Source of the DNA: an uncultured Candidatus Saccharibacteria bacterium
GTDB lineage: Bacteria > Patescibacteriota > Saccharimonadia > Saccharimonadales > Saccharimonadaceae
NCBI GenBank assembly: GCA_964499245.1
Contig: CAZCIN010000001.1
Coordinates: forward strand, 5,106 to 69,105
Direction of reading: 5' to 3'
Length of the DNA: 64,000 nucleotides
Positions 17,911 through 25,306 of the stretch are shown one piece after another. The position numbers and the translations under genes are program-made. The notes under the pieces are model-generated. The model ran no database searches. It saw only the letters and a program-made list of their open reading frames with translations, and was not told where the DNA came from. Every line of letters starts with the position of its first letter. Within the stretch, counting starts at the first letter, position 1.

Positions 17911-18918
17911 TCAGATGTGGCAATGGTCGGCGTAGCGCGTGAGTAACTCGTCTGTACAGAGATGGCATCCGCCACAGCTGGTAGGACACCCCCCCCCGCA
18001 AGCCTCAAGCAGCTGGCAACGCTGACATTCGTCACGGAGATATTTCTTCGCACGGAACTCCTTGAGTTCGGGGTGATTGATCCAGATTTCCGTCAATGGT
18101 GTTTCCAGAATGTTGCCGAGATCATGCCTGGCAACTGCGCAACGCGAAACCGAGCCATCCATGAATACCGCACAAGTGCCAAAGCCCCAATCACAACGAC
18201 CGGCATACTGACGCACTTCCTCGGGCAAGAGACAGAGCGGAAACGCATCGACCACTTCGGCGCGAATGCCCAGTTCATCGCTGAGACGGGCAATCTGCCG
18301 ATAAGCGGTTATCACCTCGTCGAGCGTGAGTTTCCAACTACCGTCAGTGGCACGGCCGTGCGGACCGATACGCTGCACCTGCACGTAATCAACCTTGATT
18401 CCCTGATGCAGGATCTTAGTAATTGTCTCGAAAATATGCGCGCAGTTAGCCTTGGTGAAATTGAGCGTGATGCCAGTGCCCTGCTCGGGGCGCTTGCACT
18501 GCTGCCAAGCCCTGAGATTGGCGATGACATTAGCGTATGCGCCATGGTGCGTGAAACTGTCATGGAGCTCCGGCAAACCGTGAATAGTAGTCTCGAGCGC
18601 AGTGACGTACGGCGTAATTTTCTCAATGGACGCATACTGATAGTAATGCGTGTTTGAGAGAATAGCCACCTCGAGTCCGGCTTGCTGGCAATACTGCAAA
18701 AGTTCCACAATGTGCGGATACAGAGACGGATTGCCGCCGACCAGCTCAATCGTTTCGACGCCGGCGATGGCCAGCTGATCAACGATGTGCTTCAAGGTTT
18801 CCAGATCACCATGCTGACGGGGTGCGCCCTTTTCTGTGATATAGCAGAAAGCGCAATCGCCCTCACAGTAAGTGGTGATGTGGAGTGCAGCAAAAACGGG
18901 TTTTACTAATTTTGTCAT
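17911..18918 (-). CDS. Radical SAM protein with SPASM domain
   Basis: CxxxCxxC (CEGDCAFC), GGNP, and C-terminal Cys cluster ending CQRCQLLEACGGGC. Confidence 0.9.
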   Translation of the reverse strand: MTKLVKPVFAALHITTYCEGDCAFCYITEKGAPRQHGDLETLKHIVDQLAIAGVETIELVGGNPSLYPHIVELLQYCQQAGLEVAILSNTHYYQYASIEKITPYVTALETTIHGLPELHDSFTHHGAYANVIANLRAWQQCKRPEQGTGITLNFTKANCAHIFETITKILHQGIKVDYVQVQRIGPHGRATDGSWKLTLDEVITAYRQIARLSDELGIRAEVVDAFPLCLLPEEVRQYAGRCDWGFGTCAVFMDGSVSRCAVARHDLGNILETPLTEIWINHPELKEFRAKKYLRDECQRCQLLEACGGGCPTSCGGCHLCTDELLTRYADHCHI

Positions 18919-18973
18919 ATGATTTCCCTCCCAAATCAATGTATTTTAATAATGCTACTAGGGACTATGCCCC

Positions 18974-19009
18974 ATACTTTCATTGTAGCACAGATTGACT
19001 AAAAAGTCA
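18974..19009 (-). promoter_or_regulatory. Sigma70 promoter TTGACT-N17-TACAAT for the radical SAM gene
   Basis: Read directly. Confidence 0.75.
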
Positions 19010-19120
19010 ATAGCGTTTATGTTTTTTGGTAGAAAAATCAAGAAAAATGGTCTTGATTGAAGCATTTGGGGCGAAAATATGATATAATTGGAGGAAGATA
19101 ATAAACAAATAAGGAGTTCT

Positions 19121-19636
19121 ATGGGAAAAGAGCGCGATTTGGTGCAACGAAGTTTGGTGGTGTGTAAGCCAGATGCAGTGCAGCGGGGGATTGTGGGGGA
19201 GATTATTCAACGGTTTGAGCGCGTGGGCCTGAAAATTGTGGGTATCAAAATGGTGATGCCGGACGAGGATCACTACCGAGCGCATTATGAGACGATTGGC
19301 AAGATGATCACTCGCCGGGGTGAAGAGGCTTATCGCTATAATTTGCATTATATGATGACCGGGCCGGTGATTGCGATGGTACTAGAGGGTGTCGAAGCGG
19401 TGCCGCTGGTACGGAAGATTGTGGGGCCAACCGAGCCGAAATCGGCAGAGATGGGGACGATTCGCGGGGATTACGCGCACATGAGCTTTGGTTATTCGGA
19501 TGCGAAAGGCATCGGTGTGCCGAACTTGATCCACGCTAGTGGTAGCCCGGAAGAGGCGAAGGAAGAAGTTGCGTTGTGGTTCAAGCCGGAAGAGCTCTAC
19601 GACTACTCGGATCTGAACGAGAAATATACGCGTTAG
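19121..19636 (+). CDS. ndk: Nucleoside diphosphate kinase
   Basis: KPDAVQRG, GPT.P...GTIRGD, NLIHASGS (catalytic His). Confidence 0.95.
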   Translation: MGKERDLVQRSLVVCKPDAVQRGIVGEIIQRFERVGLKIVGIKMVMPDEDHYRAHYETIGKMITRRGEEAYRYNLHYMMTGPVIAMVLEGVEAVPLVRKIVGPTEPKSAEMGTIRGDYAHMSFGYSDAKGIGVPNLIHASGSPEEAKEEVALWFKPEELYDYSDLNEKYTR

Positions 19637-19648
19637 AAATACAAGCGG

Positions 19649-19675
19649 AATCCGTCACGAAAGTGGCGGATTTTT
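19649..19675 (+). terminator. ndk terminator (GAAA tetraloop hairpin plus T5)
   Basis: AATCCGTCAC-GAAA-GTGGCGGATT-TTT; the G.U pair forms on the plus strand. Confidence 0.75.
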
Positions 19676-19870
19676 GCAGCGCAGAGCAAAGCCGAAGCCT
19701 CTAAAATAGCTGTTCTGGGCGTAGACATTACCGGCCCACGTACCCAGGCCGCGTCCGCTAGCAGCCGAACTGGCCGTGCTAGACCACCAGTAGCCATCCG
19801 TAGTACGCGCGTAGAGGTAGCCGTCGGAACGGTAGTAGACGCCGGTACGCAGGAACTGGAGAGGCCAAGG
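19676..19870 (-). pseudogene. Orphan C-terminal fragment of a FISUMP (Fib_succ_major)/C-type-lectin-fold protein, resembling a DGR variable region
   Basis: PWPLQFLRTG...GYWWSST...NSYFRGFGFALRC; no upstream gene body; only 2 of 65 codons end in A. Confidence 0.75.
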
Positions 19871-19876
19871 ATTAAC

Positions 19877-19963
19877 CAGTCCGGAGGACATGAAACAAAG
19901 TTTCATGTCCAGCAAGCAACTTTGTTGCTTGCTCTCAACTCTGAGGAGATGAGTTCCGGACTG
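19877..19963. other. Four-way-junction palindromic element
   Basis: 9-bp closing stem CAGTCCGGA/TCCGGACTG around three abutting hairpins of 11, 10 and 4+3 bp. Confidence 0.85.
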
Positions 19964-20015
19964 AACATTAATACGGTTGTAGTTGGGGACACTGGCACCG
20001 TTATTTAACCTAAGC

Positions 20016-20111
20016 GCTTATCCTTGTAGTTTCTCTCCAATCTGTGCTATACTATTGAGGGGGCCCGATACTTGACTAAAATATGATAATATTGAATAGT
20101 ATTGACTAGGA
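20016..20111 (+). repeat. 96-bp inverted repeat, copy 1 (contains extended -10 TGTGCTATACT)
   Basis: Roughly 90% identical to the reverse complement of 24820-24915 by manual alignment. Confidence 0.92.
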
Positions 20112-20201
20112 GATTGAACTGAGATAATATTAAAAAGGACAGCGGGGCCGTATGGGCACCACTTTCGGCATCATTTAATTAAGGGAAAGGAGGATTCGGG
20201 T

Positions 20202-20270
20202 ATGTCGATTTACTTCGGCTTTACTTTACTGCGCAAACGCTTTGAAGTAAAAATTTCTCTAGCTAAATAA
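20202..20270 (+). CDS. Candidate 22-aa peptide MSIYFGFTLLRKRFEVKISLAK
   Basis: AAGGAGG 8 nt before ATG; stop lies in an 11-bp hairpin; downstream of the repeat promoter. Confidence 0.4.
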   Translation: MSIYFGFTLLRKRFEVKISLAK

Positions 20271-20452
20271 GCTAGAGAAACCAACCTGTCTATATTCTAT
20301 CACCTGCACCGAGTAAGGTCAAGCGTTTATAGCAAGATTTTATGAAGAATTGTATGTGAAGCGGTATAGGCCCTATCCCCGCCGTCCGACCAAAATCTCC
20401 TACCACCGTAAAGCCAAAAGAAAACGCCCCAAAAGAATTTGGGGTGTTTTCT

Positions 20453-20529
20453 TGGTGACCCGGGCGCGAGTCGAACGCGCAACCTTTTCCTTAGGACGGA
20501 ACTGCTCTATCCAATTGAGCTACCAGGCC
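20453..20529 (-). tRNA. tRNA-Arg(CCU)
   Basis: Cloverleaf folded by hand, anticodon CCT, encoded CCA. Confidence 0.92.
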
Positions 20530-20571
20530 ATGCCTTATATTATACCATATTCAGAAGTTAGAACGAAGCTA

Positions 20572-20635
20572 ATAACCCTTTGCTCGGGCCGCTCCGGGGA
20601 GAAAGCCCAAGTCCTACTCCCTCATAAATGGTTAT
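20572..20635 (+). repeat. Dispersed hairpin repeat, copy a
   Basis: Core CTCGGGCCGCTCCGGGGAGAAAGCCCAAGTC in an ATAACC/GGTTAT stem. Confidence 0.75.
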
Positions 20636-20665
20636 CAGCTTCGCTTCAGCACCGATACGGTTTAA

Positions 20666-21409
20666 TTATTTCGACTCGGGGTCGTAGTTGGCGATACCCT
20701 CGGTGATGGCATTCGGAGCGATATTGAGGGTGGTGGCGATGGCAGCGGCGCAGGCCATATAGCCAATAACCGGCTCGCCGGTGAGGAAGCTGGCAACCGT
20801 GAAGGCCTGGCGACCAAAGCTGAGGCTGGCTTCGCAACCTTTGCGATAGAGCTTGGAATAATCAATCCGGAGATCAGAATCGGAAGACGCGCCATAGGTC
20901 AGAGTCTCAGTCTTGCCACGGAATTTGGCGAAATCGGCATAATGGGAATCGTCACGATTGAGGACAACGCTTTCTGGCTGCATCTCGAAAAGCGAAGATT
21001 GAGCGCCTAGATAGCCCGCAAGATCTTCGTCGGCGAGGCCGGTGGGTGCAAAATCAGTGAGGGCAGCGACATGGATTGGTAAGCCATAAAACGTATCAGC
21101 GGCAAGCGACTCGGCCGGCGCGGTGATGATAGCGTAGGTGACCTTGGCCTTCCAAGCGTCGTTCAAAAAGCGGTGCAAAACAGAGGCCTTGATGGCCTTC
21201 TCAGAAGCTAAAATCGCGGCCGGCTGCTTGGCGACGGCAAGAATTTCGTGGATATAGTGCGCCACGGTGACTTTGCCGGTAGTGCCGGTGATGCAAATAA
21301 GTTTAAGATCTCGCGCTGGGTGCCCATAGTAGGAGGCTAGAAGCTTCACCTTCGCGCGTTCGAGGCGAAACCGCTTTTTACCTCCAGAAAGTTTCGCAGT
21401 TTGTTCCAT
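20666..21409 (-). CDS. Mur-ligase central-domain protein (truncated MurE-like)
   Basis: RDLKLICITGTTGKVT, VVLNRDD, TYG motifs; no C-terminal ligase domain; start moved to MEQTAK. Confidence 0.75.
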   Translation of the reverse strand: MEQTAKLSGGKKRFRLERAKVKLLASYYGHPARDLKLICITGTTGKVTVAHYIHEILAVAKQPAAILASEKAIKASVLHRFLNDAWKAKVTYAIITAPAESLAADTFYGLPIHVAALTDFAPTGLADEDLAGYLGAQSSLFEMQPESVVLNRDDSHYADFAKFRGKTETLTYGASSDSDLRIDYSKLYRKGCEASLSFGRQAFTVASFLTGEPVIGYMACAAAIATTLNIAPNAITEGIANYDPESK

Positions 21410-21624
21410 AATTTGATTATAGCACAGATAATAGAGATTGACCCCAATTTGCGTGAATTGAGGGCGATTTGGCGATGAATTTGGCAATTTTCTCAAGAAA
21501 AAATATATTTTTACTCTATCACTTTTCTTAAAATGTGCTATAATGATGGTATTGTAAGTTTTACAATGCCCTTTTAATCTTTGGTGGATGTCGTAGCGCT
21601 CAGCGCGAAAATATCCACACATGT

Positions 21625-21701
21625 GTGCCCGTAGCTCAGCTGGATAGAGCGTTAGCTTGCGGAGCTAAAGGTCGTAGGTTCGAATCCTGTCGGGCATACC
21701 A
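21625..21701 (+). tRNA. tRNA-Arg(GCG)
   Basis: Cloverleaf, anticodon stem TTAGC/GCTAA around TTGCGGA, encoded CCA. Confidence 0.93.
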
Positions 21702-21745
21702 TAGAAAATACCTTACTTTCACGAGTAAGGTATTTTCTATGGTAT
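21696..21745. terminator. 22-bp perfect hairpin overlapping the tRNA 3' end
   Basis: ATACCATAGAAAATACCTTACT / AGTAAGGTATTTTCTATGGTAT. Confidence 0.75.
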
Positions 21746-21950
21746 ATTTCGTAGGGGTCGATATCGGAGCCATTTATGGCAAGGTTCGTTATCGAACGAA
21801 GTGAGATGCGGAGCGCAAGCAGAGCTTTCCTGTCGGGCATACTAAGACTACCATCTAGTCGTACTAGATAGCTTATATTTCCATATTAGCACAGATTTGT
21901 ATTTTTGTCAACCACTAGTTTTTTAGAAGAGGGTCTGATATAATAAGGTT

Positions 21951-23753
21951 ATGTTTGAGGGTACTACGGGTGGGCCGGACGGCATGACGGCGACGGAGAA
22001 GCGACAGCTGGAGATTATTCGATATTTTATGCCGCGGCTAACAGCGGAGGCGAACCGCATTGCGACTGAAAAAGCAAAAATGGCCGCGAAAGAAGCAGCG
22101 AAAAATGCAAAGACGGATGCGGAACGGGCAGCGGCGGCTCAGCAACAGACCGTGCAACTTTTGCCAGAACAGCCGGATCCGGCAGTGGCACGGCAGATGT
22201 TTCTCGCGGCACTGAGAGATGGACAGATTACTACGGCGGACGAAAACGAATACCTGCTGAGCTTGCCGTCGCAGTTAGAACGATATGGTGAACAGCGGAT
22301 TTTTGACGAAATCGCCGGGAGATTGCGTGATAAGCAGATCCTAGCAATAGTGACGGGTTTCACAACGAAAAATTGGCAGGACGTGAAGGCGGCAGACGTG
22401 AAAACATTCCTGAGCAATCCGCGACGAGGGCAGGAAGATTACCGAACGCCAGTAGGATTTGCGGATCTGAGACGAAAGTTCTTGTCGGAAATTCATCCGA
22501 TTGCTAGCCCGAAGCAATTTGACGACTATGTGCGTTCGATGAACGAGCTGGAAAACGCGCTTTACGGACCGCGATTTGCAGGGTTTAAGCAGTTTGAGAC
22601 TTTGCGCAAAGAAGCGATGGCGCTGGGGCAGGATTATGAGGCGAGCTTGGTAACAGAGACGGATCCATCGCTTGACCCGGCCCTTGGCGGGAGCGCAAGT
22701 GGAGAGACGCCAATGCTAGCAAAGGCACTGCACGAAACAACGTTGACGCCGATTGAGACAGAGGTGGGTGATCAGATTTTGAACCGGGCGACGATTGATG
22801 GTGATGTTTGGAAGCAGGGTGGTCAGGAATATTCACTTAGCATACCGAATTTGATCAGCGCAGGGCTAAATCCAGCCTATCATATTTTGGTGGCTAATCA
22901 GGAAATCTATCTATCAAATCTCTTTAATTTGACAAGCGATCAAATGGCGGCGATTGCTTATATCCCGACGACAGTAGGGGTGAAAGTACGGTCATTTTAT
23001 CGCGATAAAGCACAGGCACTGTGGCGATATTTGCCGGATTATGTCCGTGGGATTAACGGTGAAGGAATTGATATTTTTGGGAGTGGATTTGACGAGCGGT
23101 CGATTATTTTGCCGATTGCTTTGCAATCAGCGTTGAATCAGATTGAGCGATACCGAGGGATTGTGGATCTTTCCGGCACGAATCCGGATTTCCTATTCGC
23201 GGGGACAGCGATGGCGTATAATTCGCGCCAAGAATATCGCGAGGCGTTCCAGCGAGGGCTGATGCGGGGGGACTTCTACCGTGAAGTGTCGCCGACCGCG
23301 ATGAACGCGGAACAATCGTCGACAACCGAGCCGGGGCATCGCAAAGTGGCTCCACAGCTATTGTCGGTGGCGGAAAGCTTTGCACCAGATTTTGAGAGAT
23401 TGATTGCGAGATATTCAGTTTATTCGACTTTTGCGGGGCAGATTATGGGCGAGGGATATGTTTCGCACGACGCGCAGTATTATTGGCTATTTTCGACGGA
23501 TTATCGAGGACGAAGTTGGGTAGCAAATATTGAGACGAATGCGATGGTGACGTCGACGGGATGCCGGCAGGAGTGGCTGGCGCCGGTCGATATTACGACG
23601 CCGCTTTATGAGGCGCTGAGGCTGGCGGATGGTTATGGCGATCCAAGCGACACGCGGACGGGCAATTATATTTCGATGTGGAATAATTATCTTGCGAAAG
23701 TGCCACTGATTCAAAATTATACGGCGGTGGTGAAAGCAAGTTCAGAAAACTAG
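21951..23753 (+). CDS. Hypothetical 600-aa protein
   Basis: Long ORF with TGA-TATAAT 6 nt before ATG; no recognisable motif. Confidence 0.8.
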   Translation: MFEGTTGGPDGMTATEKRQLEIIRYFMPRLTAEANRIATEKAKMAAKEAAKNAKTDAERAAAAQQQTVQLLPEQPDPAVARQMFLAALRDGQITTADENEYLLSLPSQLERYGEQRIFDEIAGRLRDKQILAIVTGFTTKNWQDVKAADVKTFLSNPRRGQEDYRTPVGFADLRRKFLSEIHPIASPKQFDDYVRSMNELENALYGPRFAGFKQFETLRKEAMALGQDYEASLVTETDPSLDPALGGSASGETPMLAKALHETTLTPIETEVGDQILNRATIDGDVWKQGGQEYSLSIPNLISAGLNPAYHILVANQEIYLSNLFNLTSDQMAAIAYIPTTVGVKVRSFYRDKAQALWRYLPDYVRGINGEGIDIFGSGFDERSIILPIALQSALNQIERYRGIVDLSGTNPDFLFAGTAMAYNSRQEYREAFQRGLMRGDFYREVSPTAMNAEQSSTTEPGHRKVAPQLLSVAESFAPDFERLIARYSVYSTFAGQIMGEGYVSHDAQYYWLFSTDYRGRSWVANIETNAMVTSTGCRQEWLAPVDITTPLYEALRLADGYGDPSDTRTGNYISMWNNYLAKVPLIQNYTAVVKASSEN

Positions 23754-24491
23754 TTCTGCTAAATTGATGCCAGTAACTTTATAGAAACCTTTGAACTGAG
23801 GAGAGCGGTTGATTTCGATAATGACAAGTGAGCCGTCGTCAAGCACGGCTAGATCAACGCCGACGAAATCAAGCTCCGGGAATTTGGCCATGGCTCTCTT
23901 CACGAAGTCCATTTGCTCATCGGTGAGCTGATGTTCGCCGATGACTTTGACGCCCTGAGATTCAGTCTTGCTAGTGCGAGTCTCAGCAGTGCGGAAAACC
24001 TGACCGTTAAGATAGAAAACACGCATTTCTTGAGCAATGTTGACACGGCGCTGGATAATGTAGCTATCAAGATTAGCACCCTCGGGAATCTCAAAGTGAA
24101 CATCACGACAACGGCAGGAAATGCGCTTTTTAACGATCATTTTGCCGGGAATAAATTCTTGTTCCCTGGCGAGCCAAGTTTCGGGCATGAAATCTTTACC
24201 GAATTGATAAAACTGGCGCCATTTATCCTCGATATAAAAGTCTTCGACAGTGTGGACGTGGTCGATGGAATAACAATCGGGGTTGTCGTGGAAGAATTGA
24301 GTGGTGATTTCCTCAAGGCGGCTATCTAGGGTAGGGTCGGTGGGGTCGTTGAAGGGATCGCGGAAATAGACCTTGTCGAACTGCGGAAAAGTGGCAGGGA
24401 GTTCGTCGTTGTAATAGTAGATGGCGTCGACGTTTGGTTCCCAAAGCGGAAGGGCAAGGTCGGCGTGAGTGGTGAATAAGGCTGATTTCAT
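23742..24491 (-). CDS. ATP-grasp (RimK-like) ligase
   Basis: IVKKR, IIQRRV...EMRVF, FVGVDL...IIEINRSPQF motifs. Confidence 0.75.
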   Translation of the reverse strand: MKSALFTTHADLALPLWEPNVDAIYYYNDELPATFPQFDKVYFRDPFNDPTDPTLDSRLEEITTQFFHDNPDCYSIDHVHTVEDFYIEDKWRQFYQFGKDFMPETWLAREQEFIPGKMIVKKRISCRCRDVHFEIPEGANLDSYIIQRRVNIAQEMRVFYLNGQVFRTAETRTSKTESQGVKVIGEHQLTDEQMDFVKRAMAKFPELDFVGVDLAVLDDGSLVIIEINRSPQFKGFYKVTGINLAELVF

Positions 24492-24819
24492 AAGGATATT
24501 ATAACACATGCTTTATGGTGAATGGGGTATTGTGGTGGATGGCGGGCTTGCTCTATCGCCTCACTCGCAAATCCAAGCTCTTGACGGAACTTGGTAGCCG
24601 TGATAGGATAGAGGTAGGTTTATTGGCGGTTCCGTTTTAGCGGGATCGCTTTTGTGTAGATTCTAGTCCCAGTGAGACTATTCTCTAACACAGCACTAAG
24701 GCTTTTTATTTCTAGCGGTTGCACTGCATCTACCTTTCTCCCCTCATTAGCTTTTTAATTTACTCGTAGACGCTTCGCATAGCGCCCGCCATCCTTTTCA
24801 ATATTACCCTAGTTTATCA

Positions 24820-24915
24820 TCCTAGTCAATACTATTCAATATTATTATAATTTAGTCAAATATCGGGCCCCCTCAATAGTATAGCACAGATTGAGAGAAA
24901 ACTACAAGGGTAAGC
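24820..24915 (-). repeat. 96-bp inverted repeat, copy 2
   Basis: Reverse complement of 20016-20111; weaker similarity continues about 45 bp inward. Confidence 0.92.
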
Positions 24916-24974
24916 AATATTTTTATATGTTGTAGATTAATATAATCGACACAGCGCAGAGCAAATGATAAGCC

Positions 24975-25047
24975 CACACTGGCTTTTCTCGACCTTGCGC
25001 TCCAGGCCGCGCGGCCAAGTCTTTACGGTCTTCAAAAAGCCAGTGTG
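24975..25047 (+). repeat. Dispersed hairpin repeat, copy b
   Basis: Core CTCGACCTTGCGCTCCAGGCCGCGCGGCCAAGTC in a CACACTGGCTTTT/AAAAGCCAGTGTG stem. Confidence 0.85.
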
Positions 25048-25129
25048 AAACCTATCATCTTTCTAGTACAGCATATACCATTAAAATCCAAAATGGAGAC
25101 AGATCGGGGGGGCGATACTGTCTCCATTT

Positions 25130-25206
25130 TGGTGGCGGGAGTTGGATTTGAACCAACGACCTTTTGGTTATGAGCCAAACGAGCTACCAGGCTGCTCTAT
25201 CCCGCG
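25130..25206 (-). tRNA. Initiator tRNA-fMet(CAU)
   Basis: C1:C72 mismatch, A11-U24, anticodon CAT, encoded CCA; terminator hairpin at 25088-25132. Confidence 0.9.
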
Positions 25207-25306
25207 ACATGTGTTCATTATATCGCAAGACGCGAAAAAATGCAAGAGTTTTCTTGAAACAAAATTCAACCCCGCTTTGTGGGCGGGGCTGGTGGAACTA
25301 AAATAC

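Noticed and set aside
19649-19675. Hairpin as a DGR homing cruciform
   Set aside because: Its G.U pair and T-tail fit the plus-strand ndk terminator; a dual role is possible but unsupported.
19676-19870. Complete DGR or a template repeat
   Set aside because: No reverse transcriptase or Avd-like gene in the window, and the fragment has only one AAC and one AAT codon, unlike a template.
20350-20706. 118-aa plus-strand ORF
   Set aside because: Runs antisense through tRNA-Arg(CCU) and a repeat; a shadow ORF.
21652-21840. 62-aa minus-strand ORF
   Set aside because: Crosses the terminator and the antisense of the tRNA; no RBS.
24547-24615. Hairpin after the ATP-grasp promoter as a member of the dispersed repeat family
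   Set aside because: Has a CTCTATC/GATAGAG stem but lacks the GCTCC..GGCC..AAGTC core.
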